The position numbers and the translations under genes were made by a program. DNA of 63,999 nucleotides, filler included, from Porpidia crustulata (Eukaryota): NCBI GenBank assembly GCA_964255105.1. It is 8 parts of 8 records of this genome, joined end to end, with 100 filler letters (N's around TTAATTAATTAA, not from the genome) between each part and the next. Parts side by side here need not be neighbours in the genome. Positions count along the whole stretch, not along the records: positions 48,226 to 56,138 come from CAXUWE010001213.1; positions 56,239 to 63,999 come from CAXUWE010001238.1; 6 more parts are not named here. One strand, written 5' to 3'. Shown here piece by piece: positions 51,468 through 63,999 of this stretch. The number at the start of each line of letters is the position of its first letter. Position 1 is the stretch's first letter. The notes under the pieces are model-generated. The model was not told the DNA's origin. It made no database searches and worked only from the letters and a program-made list of their open reading frames with translations.

Positions 51468-52304
51468 ATGGCCATCTCAGCCTCTCCCCCAATTTTACAG
51501 TCTTTGCCACCTGAAATCGTTGAAAAAATCTTTGTTCAATCCGAGAACTTCTCATTATCCATTGTCTCTCGACGTCTCTACTCGATTCTCAGCAAACCAG
51601 TCGTCCGCCTCCATTTCTGCACTCACATTTTCTATTGGGGCAATCCCAAGAGACTTACTCAGACCAATTTCTCCCGTATGAAAAACCTCCAAACCGAAAT
51701 CCTTGCTCAAACCTGGTTCACAAATGAGTTCTCCTCCAAAGTTGAGAAAGCAGTCTTAGCTTTGCAGGAATCAGCTTATCAGAAAAGTGTTGCAGAAGCC
51801 AATATGTACAACGAAACCCATTCTGATAGCTGGCATTCTCCAGGGAAGAACAAAGTGACTTGTGATTTCGTACGCCTCCCCCGCCACGCGTTATCAGGAC
51901 CGTGGACCAATGACAACATCAACTTTCTCCATCGTCTCATGAGATGGAACGCTAGACGAGGTACGGCTGACGGTGACATGGCGGAGAAAGGAATGAGAGC
52001 TGCCATCCTGGAAGGCAAACCGGAACCCGTCAAACTGCTCTCAGAACCTCAAATTGGAGTCGAGCTTGATCAAGAGCTCTTGCAGCTTGCTGTCATTGCC
52101 GGTGGCTGCAACAGAGCAATTGTGAAGATTTTCGTGTACGCCGCTCTCGAAGATGAAAGTCTTATTTATTGGCAGGACAAGAAATTGTTGAAGTGGGCTC
52201 GCCAGAAGACGAAGGAAGGAGATGAGAAGGGCCAGTGGCTATCCCAGCTACTAGATACGGAAGGGGAGGAGGTCAGTGAAGACGAATTCGAGTTTTACTT
52301 CTGA
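51468..52304 (+). CDS. Hypothetical protein with N-terminal F-box-like motif and possible degenerate helical repeats
   Basis: 278-aa intronless ORF beginning LQSLPPEIVEKIF...LSIVSRRLY. Confidence 0.65.
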   Translation: MAISASPPILQSLPPEIVEKIFVQSENFSLSIVSRRLYSILSKPVVRLHFCTHIFYWGNPKRLTQTNFSRMKNLQTEILAQTWFTNEFSSKVEKAVLALQESAYQKSVAEANMYNETHSDSWHSPGKNKVTCDFVRLPRHALSGPWTNDNINFLHRLMRWNARRGTADGDMAEKGMRAAILEGKPEPVKLLSEPQIGVELDQELLQLAVIAGGCNRAIVKIFVYAALEDESLIYWQDKKLLKWARQKTKEGDEKGQWLSQLLDTEGEEVSEDEFEFYF

Positions 52305-52884
52305 GTAATTGAGCGCAATTATCACAAAGGGCTTAATTCATGAGCCAGCAGACGCCGTTCGACCAGGACTTGACAGGTACTGAAGCTAATATGGGGTAGC
52401 TGGACTTGTACGGAAATTCATCATCATACAGTGATGGCATTTCTCTTTCTACAGAGTCAGGGTAAGATGTAAGTTTGTGTATATAAAACTACCTATTGAG
52501 TCTCATCGATGCTGAATTCAGATCATCTGGCGTGGATTTAACTCATACGTACCTGATGTGAAGACGATATGACAATATGAATACTAAGTTATGAATACTA
52601 AGTTATGTAGTACCTGCATCAGAGTGCTAGCACGTGATCAAGTACAGCCACTTTAAACCAAATTGTTGAGATCAAATCCACCTCTTACTCTTACAGTTGA
52701 GGTCGTCCCCTAAACTTCTAAAACATAATGGCTACCTATGAATCCAGGAGCACATGTAAAGAAGTGTAATGTACATGTTTAAATCTGCACTAGTACGATT
52801 GAGCGAATGGGAGGAAGGTCATATTGATGCAATTGAAACCTCTTGGCAACTTGGCGCCGACCAGCACCAACACCTCCGCAAGAG

Positions 52885-53835
52885 ATGGAAACGACAGACT
52901 TCGCGCTACCACCGCCAGAGCCGCCGCCATTGATTTCCGATGAGCAAATAATTTCTCTATCTTTTCAAGGTCATTTACACCTTCAATTACCACCCTCACT
53001 ACTGATTCTATACCAAGAATTTGCTACGGCTAGCGCAACTTTATTTGAAAGATCATTACAGTTGAAATATCGGGATTACCCTTCGGCCAACCGAACTGAC
53101 AATGGATATACATACATAGAAGGGGAGAAGCAGTATATTACTTTTCGCTTTGCAACGAAGGCACATCCTGATAGACTGGAACAACTAGCAGGACGAGTAT
53201 GGCAAGAATCGTCAGCTCTGCTGCACCGTGTGCTTGTGGATTTAGCCCGCGGCATGGGCCTCGCTTACGGAGGATGGGATCCAATCCTCGACGGCTGTCT
53301 TTCCATGCCAACTAACATGGAGGATGCCACTCCGACGCAAATGAGAACCTTCCAGTACTCGCCCAACTCTGGGATTGCTGAAATGCACTCGGATCTTGGG
53401 CTCCTTACCCTCTGCGTCGGCTTTGGTAAGGGCTTGCAGGTCCTCGTTCGAGAGAAAGATGTCCCTAATTCTGCTCGTTGGGTCGATGTAGAGGGACCTA
53501 CTCTATTCATTGGCCAGGTTCTTCGGACATTGTCCGGAAAGCGACTCCGCGCGGGACTTCACAGAGTTGTGGCCAATCCGGCTGGGAGGCAAAGTATTGT
53601 ATTTGCGTTGCGACCTTCGTTGCGGCATGATCACACTGACCTTACTTTATGCGGTGGGGAGGGGACCCGGAGTATGAGCCAACTATGGGCCGAGATCAGG
53701 GGCAGCAAATTTAGTGTCAATGCTGAAAGGAAGCTACGAGAAGAACAAAAAGAGCATATACTGTCCAGAAATGGAAAATCCATTGAGCGGGACAAGCCTC
53801 GTCCAGTCAGCTTTAATGGACTGAAAAAAATCTAA
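52885..53835 (+). CDS. 2-oxoglutarate/Fe(II)-dependent dioxygenase (IPNS-like fold)
   Basis: HSDLGLLTL (HxD), GLQV, LHRV and RQSIVF (RxS). Confidence 0.88.
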   Translation: METTDFALPPPEPPPLISDEQIISLSFQGHLHLQLPPSLLILYQEFATASATLFERSLQLKYRDYPSANRTDNGYTYIEGEKQYITFRFATKAHPDRLEQLAGRVWQESSALLHRVLVDLARGMGLAYGGWDPILDGCLSMPTNMEDATPTQMRTFQYSPNSGIAEMHSDLGLLTLCVGFGKGLQVLVREKDVPNSARWVDVEGPTLFIGQVLRTLSGKRLRAGLHRVVANPAGRQSIVFALRPSLRHDHTDLTLCGGEGTRSMSQLWAEIRGSKFSVNAERKLREEQKEHILSRNGKSIERDKPRPVSFNGLKKI

Positions 53836-54487
53836 TAAACTCGTTTCTACACCAGATATTTTCACGAGGGGCCAGAGAAGTTGCACAGAGCTCTCTGGAT
53901 CGCAATGTCAGTCTACTCTCATCAGACTAAGCACCCGGATTTATCTTTTCTTCCTACCACATTATAGCTGAAAATCTTACATGAGTATGGAAGTGTAGGT
54001 GGCTAGACTCTACCGGGAGGCGCTGGGTTGTACACAGGAGCTGATCCTGCCTCCCAAATTGTTCTTTCAGCCTTCGAAGGCAACCCGACGCATGTAACCA
54101 ATTTGTGCTTTCAGAGATAGCATTACGCTAGCAAGTGGTAAGGCTGGGCTTCATAAGACATTGAGACATAGGATAGTTCCATTTCAGCCTGATTAATGAG
54201 TTACACATTGACGCCATGGCAATCTTTGGAGCTGTGTGCTGAGAACTTCCGAGCGTGCAAGGAGTACTTGATTTCCAAGATAATGGAACGGTAAGACTTA
54301 TTCACTCGACTTGTTGCATTCCTATACCGATTGAGGTTTCCAATTAATATAGATCTATATAGAGCCACTACATCATCTGATAGTTATGATCGCTACGCCG
54401 CTATGTTCAGTCTTTGAGGAAGTTCACTTCTGACGCTTCTAAAGGTTCACAACAGGATAGAATATTTTCTCGCTTTCCGTCTTCAAT

Positions 54488-55450
54488 CTAATCCGTGGAA
54501 CGACTTTGCTCGACCAGTGCAATGATTTCTTCATGCTCAGTAGCTCTTGCTTCCTCCAGCACGGACCTTCCATCACCGTCCCGAACATTCAGATCAGCGC
54601 CGTTCTGCAAGAGGAATCGCACCATTTCAACTTGTTTTGCTCTCATTGCGCATACAAGCGGAGTAGAACATCTCCAAGACGAGTCCCTGGGGCGTACAAC
54701 ATTAATATCAGCGCCCTGATCCAAAAAATATCGCGCCAAGCTCAGGCGCCCAAACTGCGCAGCAATCTCTAAAGCGCTTGTACCATTAACGAGAGCCCCA
54801 TGCTTGACAAGTATTTGTGCGATTTCCGGCGTAGTGGAGGTCAGTGCTGCGTTGTCTATTGGCATCAGTGGACCCGCACGGCAGTCGCTGTCTTCCACAA
54901 GGCTCCAGCCGGGATCAAGGCCGTGCTCCAAGAGATACTCAAGAAGTGCGGCGTCGCGCCTTCGTGTAGCAATGTGGACTGCGTTACCATGATGACCGAA
55001 GTACCAGTGGATGATGTCAGGGTATTTGGAGTGCAAAAGTTTGTATGCCTCGAGACCACCCCAAGCTGCGTACCAGGCTGCCCATGAGTCAATCTCAATT
55101 AATGGACTTGAGTCCAGAAGATATCGCATGATATCAAGTTGCCCTTCTAATGCTGCCTTTTCGAGGCATCGCTTCTTCAGTGAAGCATCTGCATCACATG
55201 TAATCAGAAGATGTCTAAGTCTATCTAGGTCTCCGATTGCGCAGGTCTCCAAACATGTATCTTCTAATGTGGCAACGTGCATCTCTCTTTGCTGTACCCA
55301 TGCGTCCGTCATTCCAGGCAACCCAGTAGAAGGATTTGGAGACCTTGTCAAATCAGTCATAAGCTCAGGTTTGCCCAACTTTTCAATAGGCTTTGCTGTA
55401 AGTTTGCTATTGACTCGAAGTTTTGGTCTTGGTCTTCTGTACGGAATCAT
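54488..55450 (-). CDS. Ankyrin repeat protein
   Basis: Repeats ALEIAAQFGRLSLARYFLDQGADIN, TPLVCAMRAKQVEMVRFLLQNGADLN, GRSVLEEA; true start may be a downstream Met. Confidence 0.88.
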   Translation of the reverse strand: MIPYRRPRPKLRVNSKLTAKPIEKLGKPELMTDLTRSPNPSTGLPGMTDAWVQQREMHVATLEDTCLETCAIGDLDRLRHLLITCDADASLKKRCLEKAALEGQLDIMRYLLDSSPLIEIDSWAAWYAAWGGLEAYKLLHSKYPDIIHWYFGHHGNAVHIATRRRDAALLEYLLEHGLDPGWSLVEDSDCRAGPLMPIDNAALTSTTPEIAQILVKHGALVNGTSALEIAAQFGRLSLARYFLDQGADINVVRPRDSSWRCSTPLVCAMRAKQVEMVRFLLQNGADLNVRDGDGRSVLEEARATEHEEIIALVEQSRSTD

Positions 55451-56138
55451 GGAAAGGTTCTACCATATCAGGATGGGAAGGTCCTAATTAAAAGCAGAAC
55501 TTCGAACTGATGTGCCATTGCCAAGACCCAGGCATAAGCAAAGGGTTTGCCGCCCGACTTGAAACACTTTGAGCGGATGTCAATCTACTCACTACGAATT
55601 ATGATGGTGGCTCAGTCGCGATAATGTTCCATGCTCGAGCCAGTAATACTCCAGTCTATTGATTTTTGTTCGCTCGATTGCCTGGAGCTCGTGTTGTACG
55701 CCGTAACGGAAAGGGCAAATGAAACGCACTCGCCTCGTTACTGCAGTCCCTCCACCAGAGTACGCCAAAGTCACTGGAGTATCTAAGCGAGACACCCCTA
55801 TTGAACTGCTCACGCTCCTCCTATGGCTTTTGACACACCTTCAATACATTTCCCATTCTACCGATCGAAAGAATTTTCTTCTTCTCGCAGGAATAGGAAG
55901 AAGAGGAGCGGGATTTATGCTCAGAGTGTTCGAGGAAATTGGGCCGAGGCCTGAGTTATTGCGTTTTCTCAGTCTTTGTTTTTATTGAGTTCTTGATTTT
56001 ATGGTTTTGGTTTTTGGCTCAATCTCGAGGTTGTCGGTTGTGCGTATACATACGTTTGCTTACCCCGTTAGACTTCCAAAATCTCTCTAGCGCTTCTTTA
56101 CTGCTAACGCCTCACCCCCCCTATCCTCCCTTGTCCCC

Positions 56139-56238
56139 NNNNNNNNNNNNNNNNNNNNNNNNNNNNNNNNNNNNNNNNNNNNTTAATTAATTAANNNNNN
56201 NNNNNNNNNNNNNNNNNNNNNNNNNNNNNNNNNNNNNN
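56139..56238. other. Artificial contig spacer
   Basis: 44 N + TTAATTAATTAA + 44 N. Confidence 0.99.
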
Positions 56239-56620
56239 AGATGACGCCGGGTTTGGAGACCTTTTTCGTGATATTGTTTGGAATAGCGGGGTTTTTGGGT
56301 TTGGGTTTGGAGGGTTTGGAGGTCCTTGGTGGGGTGATCGTTGGAGGGAGCGCTTCCGAAGTCTGCGATCCTGAAGTATATCGAGTTTGAGAATCTTGAA
56401 GATCATGTTCCGTTTCCTCCACTTCGAAGTCCGAGACTTCGCTTTCGCCATCTCCATCCGAACCATTTGCTCTGAGTTTCTTCCGTTTTGAGCGGCGAGA
56501 GGTCAGTCCGGCTGTTCTGCCTTCACTTGCTTCTTCCGCAGCCTCAGTGTCATACTCTCCACCATTCTCTTCTTCACTCGAACCTAGATCAAGGAATTCA
56601 TTGCGCTTGCGAGTAGTCAT
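56239..56620 (-). CDS. ESF2: Pre-rRNA processing protein Esf2, N-terminal part (3' truncated)
   Basis: MTTRKRNEFLD acidic N-terminus ending at KPGVI, where the conserved GVIYLSRIP RRM would begin. Confidence 0.8.
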
Positions 56621-56786
56621 GTTGGGCTCTAGCTGCAGGCAAGATTGTACTTGATGAAATAAATAATAATCTAGGTGTCGGAAAAATAGTCGCCGATACA
56701 CCGGCCCCGCTCTTGCCTAAAAAATAGTTCAGTCTTCTAGTCACTTCATCACTCTAACATTTTTATCACTCTCACATTTCTTCGAC

Positions 56787-57330
56787 ATGGCGTTATCAAT
56801 TCGATCAGATCATATCTCTTCAAGGATTAGACCTCTGTCTTCAAATCGAGATATACGTCGATTCATCGTCGACTTACTTCAAAACATCGACGCAAAAATA
56901 ATAAGTGAAAGGGCTAGAGAGATGACTGAGACGTTTAACGATAATGAATACGACGCATTAAAGCTGAATGAAAAGACATGAAAAGAGCTTTTCGAAGAAA
57001 TACATGAGAAATTAGTCTACAAAAGATTTGTACGCTTTCAGAATGAGTATGTGAACGTAAGTTTTAATTACTCTAAAGTTCATGTTTATACTAACATCTA
57101 TTAGAAGAATACAGTATGATCTCACCTCCGACATATCTATCGAACTTTCATCTTTCTTCTCGTCATTCATACAGAAAAAATATTTTCGAAAAGGAAGCAT
57201 TCACAATCGATAAATGATGAAATATCGTCGCCCTTGTCTACTTCATCTGCTACGGTTTCGCCTACATCTTCCGTCTCCGCAAAATCCATCGACGACAATG
57301 CCTTGTGGCCCACATATTTCAAAGTTAGAC
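56787..57330 (+). pseudogene. Transition-hypermutated gene or repeat relic
   Basis: Abruptly AT-rich, few GG/CC, many TCGA. The frame continues through TGA 56979-56981 (LKLNEKT*KELFEEIHEKLVY) and retains an intron-like GTAAGT...CTAAC...TAG. Confidence 0.55.
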
Positions 57331-57814
57331 CTATGGGATCAACACAGAAAGCTGGCAATCAACTCTTGAGTATTGAGGCTAGAGAGCAGAACAGCGTGAG
57401 CGAACGAAGTGGATCGCGTGTAAGACCATTTTGCTCTGGCGATTCACGATGGGTTCCGCGAGGGTGGAATGGCTAGGCGGCGAAGTTGGGAACAGTGAAG
57501 TCTTTCTGGGAGAGGGTTTGGGGATGATTATGGGTTTAATATGAGGCTGAAGAAGGTTTGATTGTGACTAGCGATATATCAAGTTATAAAGATGACGAGG
57601 TGGGATTAATCCCTATGCTTCATCTTTTTACTGGGCATCTCTATTATTCTTGAGTACAATTCTCAAGTGATGCATCGTTGTTGGGCATTCGTGCACTCTG
57701 ACTACTGATGGCTCGAGTTCTCAACATAGTGCAGGGTTTGACTGAGAGCAAATGCGTTTCCGCTGGGGCAATCTGAGCAAAGTCAGCAGCAATAGTTCTA
57801 CATTTCCTCGCTCC

Positions 57815-60354
<2,540 letters not shown>

Positions 60355-60585
60355 TTTGCTCAGTCTGCCGCGATGATGGAACTTTGTCTATTTGACCGGG
60401 CAATAGCGAGTGCTTGCCAGCATTTCTCCTTCAATTTGGAAACTCTAAGCGCGACAGGTCATGTAGGGCTTAGCGGGTAGCAATCGGTGACCAATCATCC
60501 CTAAGTAGAAATGTGGAAATACCTCACGTTTGCGCTTCAAACATTAAATAGTGTTTCTCTACGTGTTGGGCAGCCGGAACATACA

Positions 60586-60977
60586 ATGTTACGTTGCAAG
60601 ATGATAGAGACGGGCGGCTTAATCCGTCAAGTCCAGTGTAGGCCAATATCGCAACTGTACTCTCAACGAATGAGGTGTGCATCAACAACGACGAATTCTC
60701 AGGATCCTTCAAGCTCAGAAGGCAAAGTAGGATGCTAGATTACCGTTCCCGAATCCATCTACTCCACTAATTATTGTAGAACATAAAGGACGATAATTCC
60801 AAAAACAGAATTGAAACTTCTAAGCGTAAGAAGACGATGGCTGAGTTGGACGAAGAGCTCCGTTTGAAGCTTGAGGGAATCTCTGGCGGTGGCGGTGAGG
60901 CAGGTCTTGAGCTTGAGAATGGCAGACCAGTGGCAATGAAAAGGGGTGTAAAGGAAAATATGTTTCGATTAATCTGA
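60586..60977 (+). CDS. Small hypothetical protein (112 aa), possible mitochondrial presequence; intron 60727-60779
   Basis: GTAGGA...CTAAT...TAG intron joins MLRCKM...SEGK in frame to NIKDD...KKTMAELDEELRLKLEGISGGGGEAGLELENGRPVAMKRGVKENMFRLI*. Confidence 0.75.
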
Positions 60978-62199
60978 ACATGGACATGGTATCCGGCCTG
61001 AGGAAGACAAAGTCTGAGTGTATCAACAGAATGTGCCAACAAATTGGATTCTGTATATCTTTGTATGAATCTAAGGATATACCGGCAGTGCCTTATTGGT
61101 CAATAGAAATGGAGTTCACAATTAGGATACGCTCGTACCTCAACTACCTACTCATGTTGCTAGTTGAGTTTGTAACAAGCACGTTTCAATCCAGCTGGCA
61201 CGTGGACAGGGATTGTGATTTCTAGACGCTGCTACCGCGGTCGCGTAAACTAGGAACGTCGACCTTTTTGTCAACAATGACCCATCTTCAAATAACAATG
61301 TATTGTGCCGCTTGCAGACGACCTTTTCATTCCAAGCTTTGGTGATTCGATCGGTCCAGCAGTCTCCATTCACCTTGGTAGTGTACAGACAAAGGATCCT
61401 AAATGCCTTATACTGCGAAATCCGTTGTCGCCGCCGTCGCGACACGCAGGCACCTCACGGCAGCAGTGCACGCGAATTCTTGGAAACGACGAGAAAAGAG
61501 CCTTGTAACGCAAATCAGATATTGCCAGGCCCGGTGACACTGTTGTTTGCTGAAAAGCAGCTTATATTTCAGGCCATCATTCACATTGTTCCACCTAGTC
61601 TATAATAGCAACTGCTCAATAGACAACACTTGGGCTCCTGAGCGGTCGAAAACAGGTGCTTCCTTCGTGCACCGACGCAGGCTAGTAGGAAGAGAATATT
61701 ATTTGGACAACAGACAATAGTACCTGGGATTCCGCACTTGGCGAGTACAGACGCTAGCATTGAGGTTTAGAGTCAGACCTCTACGACGTGTGAATAGGAA
61801 TTGGTCAATAGATAATATCTAGACTGCTCAACACAAGAGTTAGCACTGAGTAAGCACCTATAAACTCTTTCCTTACAGTTCCCGAACCTCTTCTTTTCCT
61901 TCAAGAACAACCATCTGCTTCCAGCATCAATCACAACCTTGTCAATGCTACCTTCTTAAGAAAAACCAATATACCATTAGGATAGCTTCCAGGTTTCCAT
62001 TCCAAATACCCTTCCCCAATTTCTGCAAACCACATGTTCTCTTCATTATCCAGCTTCTGGTAGGCTGACGTTTGTATTTTACACTCAGAGCTTCAGGCAA
62101 GCTTTTGACTTAATACCAGTAGTCTTCAGAGCTTCCGGTAAGCTCACGAACCATATCTCTATCCAACACCAAGTTGAACATTCGTTCAATCGAATCCAT

Positions 62200-63978
62200 A
62201 TGTCTTCAATTGGTAGCGCACGGCGTGTGACTCGTTCCGTGGGTCGTACAGCCTCTTCTGACGGTTCCGTCTCTGTGACTCCAGACGTTCCAGCTCGTAG
62301 CACGAGGTCTGCTTCTAAACTGCGTTCTACTGGAGGCTCAAGTGCCGGATCAATTGCTAAGTCTGCTGTTGGGACTATTGCTGGATCTGCTGTTGGGTCA
62401 ATTGGTGGATCTCTCGCTGGCGTCGTCGCTGGCTCCTCTAGGCGTTTCAAATTGCCTGGACGCGACGTCGGAACCAACACCCTCTATGGCGAACGCGCAC
62501 AGGCTTTGAATGCCCAGAAGCTTGCTTCTGCAGACATTTCTGGTGCACTTGCAGGTATTGAAAGCCTAACCAGAGATGTGGCTAAAGAGCTGGATGGGAC
62601 AACTCGAGATGCACGTCATCTTTCCATGATTGAAGAAGAAGAGGGCTCCAGCAGCTTTGAAGCATCGACTTCCGACCGTCAGCATGCTCCATTCAGTGAA
62701 TTAGACCCTACCGATTTTGATGCCCGCGCCCAGGGTACTGCTGGTCTTGCTCACGATTCTACTGGTTCCAGAACTTATGGTGCTGAATATCAGTACGTCA
62801 ATCCCAGTGGTAGTAGCCACAACGTCGAAGCCGTTCAAGGCCGCGAGAGCGCCCACGAGATGACCGCATCGACCGCTAGGACTAAGAATTTGCTTGATGT
62901 TCTCAAATGGGCTGCTTTTCTGTTTCTATCAATCCTAGTGGTTGCAGACATCTACCGTGGACCACTATTTGGTGACAAGTATGACATTCTGCGCTGGCGC
63001 TCCGGCATGTTCCATGGTACAAAGAAGCTATCTTCCTACGATACATTCGACATTGGCACTCTGGTTCGTCGCTTTGACAACCTCGAGCAAAAGTTTCACA
63101 ATCTCCCGATCATGTCTCATACCACCGAGATTGATCAACCCAAAGTGCATAAGATTAATTGGTTTTCACCCGGCCTCGGTGCTCTTGTCTCTCCGCTTAT
63201 GAGCTCGCCTACCAAAGTCTTGATGCGCTCGTATGAAGGGTCTAATAAATCTCCAGTCCCTATCCTACAGAAGCCCTCGCCATGGAAGACCTTCTGGCAA
63301 ATAGCACGCGGTTACCCCGAGCCCCAAGCTTCTTATGTGTTGCCTCAAGGTACTCCCGAAGCTAGCGTCGGCCCGAATCTTCTCGCGAATCACCCGCAGC
63401 GGTCTCCGAGGTACAACATTAAGGAGGTTCGCGACCCCATACACGCAATTTTGCCCTGGTTCGACATTGGCGACTGCTGGTGCGCTCCTTCCACCCGTGG
63501 AAAACTCCAACTCGCCGTCATGCTCCCTCGCCACATCTACCCAACCGAACTAATTATCGAACACGCCCCCAAGGGCGAGTTGCGGGACATTGGGTCCACA
63601 CCCAAGGAAATTGAGCTCTGGGTCGAGATCGACAACGCCGCCGCCCGCGAAAAAGCCATGGACGCGGTCCTGGCCCAATATCCCGACATCTACAAGGACG
63701 CCTCGCAACGCGGCAAGGGGGGTGACACCATCCAGGCCCTCCGGCCGTCCTTTGTGCCAATTGGACGCTGGATGTACGACGTGCACGCCCCCAACCACGT
63801 CCAATCGTTTGCGGTGCCCGTCGACCTCGACGGCCTGGTTGGCGGCACCACCAACCGGGTTGTCGTCCGGGCGAATAGCAACTGGGGGAGCACGGACTCT
63901 ACCTGCCTATATCGCGTCAAGTTGCACGGGCGGGACCCCAGCGGGGCTGTGGTCTACAATGACCTGGAGGAGATGTGA
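62200..63978 (+). CDS. SUN-domain (Sad1/UNC-84-like) nuclear envelope protein
   Basis: Low-complexity N-terminus, one transmembrane segment (WAAFLFLSILVV), INWFSPGLGA, PW.DIGDCWCA, IIEH, NWG...TCLYRVKLHG. Confidence 0.92.
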   Translation: MSSIGSARRVTRSVGRTASSDGSVSVTPDVPARSTRSASKLRSTGGSSAGSIAKSAVGTIAGSAVGSIGGSLAGVVAGSSRRFKLPGRDVGTNTLYGERAQALNAQKLASADISGALAGIESLTRDVAKELDGTTRDARHLSMIEEEEGSSSFEASTSDRQHAPFSELDPTDFDARAQGTAGLAHDSTGSRTYGAEYQYVNPSGSSHNVEAVQGRESAHEMTASTARTKNLLDVLKWAAFLFLSILVVADIYRGPLFGDKYDILRWRSGMFHGTKKLSSYDTFDIGTLVRRFDNLEQKFHNLPIMSHTTEIDQPKVHKINWFSPGLGALVSPLMSSPTKVLMRSYEGSNKSPVPILQKPSPWKTFWQIARGYPEPQASYVLPQGTPEASVGPNLLANHPQRSPRYNIKEVRDPIHAILPWFDIGDCWCAPSTRGKLQLAVMLPRHIYPTELIIEHAPKGELRDIGSTPKEIELWVEIDNAAAREKAMDAVLAQYPDIYKDASQRGKGGDTIQALRPSFVPIGRWMYDVHAPNHVQSFAVPVDLDGLVGGTTNRVVVRANSNWGSTDSTCLYRVKLHGRDPSGAVVYNDLEEM

Positions 63979-63999
63979 GATGGGGGGGTGGAAGGAGGG

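Noticed and set aside
52576..52607. 14-nt tandem duplication TATGAATACTAAGT x2
   Set aside because: Simple slippage-type duplication with nothing further to support a function.

Overview
Genomic DNA from a filamentous ascomycete (Pezizomycotina). It has short GT-AG introns with CTRAY branch sites and typical fungal housekeeping genes. A lichen-associated lineage is possible but cannot be shown from this sequence. The window is not one locus: eight ~7.9-kb contigs of decreasing size are joined by artificial 100-nt spacers (44 N + TTAATTAATTAA + 44 N), so neighbourhood arguments hold only within a contig. I reconstructed about 27 intron-containing or partial genes by eye: a Zn2Cys6 TF, cwf19, NPA3, IMP2, SPO71, a secreted DPBB/expansin-like protein, a het-c2-type GLTP, an FtsJ-like methyltransferase, a SnaD-like coiled-coil protein, a histidine phosphatase, a GH25 lysozyme, ICL1, an OTU deubiquitinase, a thiol methyltransferase, a DHA1 MFS transporter, RPC25, CYS3, a NUFIP1/Rsa1 protein, ARG4, F-box-like, 2OG-Fe(II) oxygenase and ankyrin proteins, ESF2, CEF1, a small spliced gene and a SUN protein. 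There are also three transition-mutated pseudogenes, a nested MITE-like element filled with telomere-type repeats, and a Fot1/pogo-type transposon end. I found no convincing new multi-gene system. The best leads are a protist-type GH25 lysozyme on a transposon-marked contig, two genes the ORF track misses, a GC-AG intron splitting a zinc cluster, a HeLo-like pseudogene, and a recurring TAAGATTAG + CCCTAA motif pair. Family assignments are from motif recognition, not database searches.
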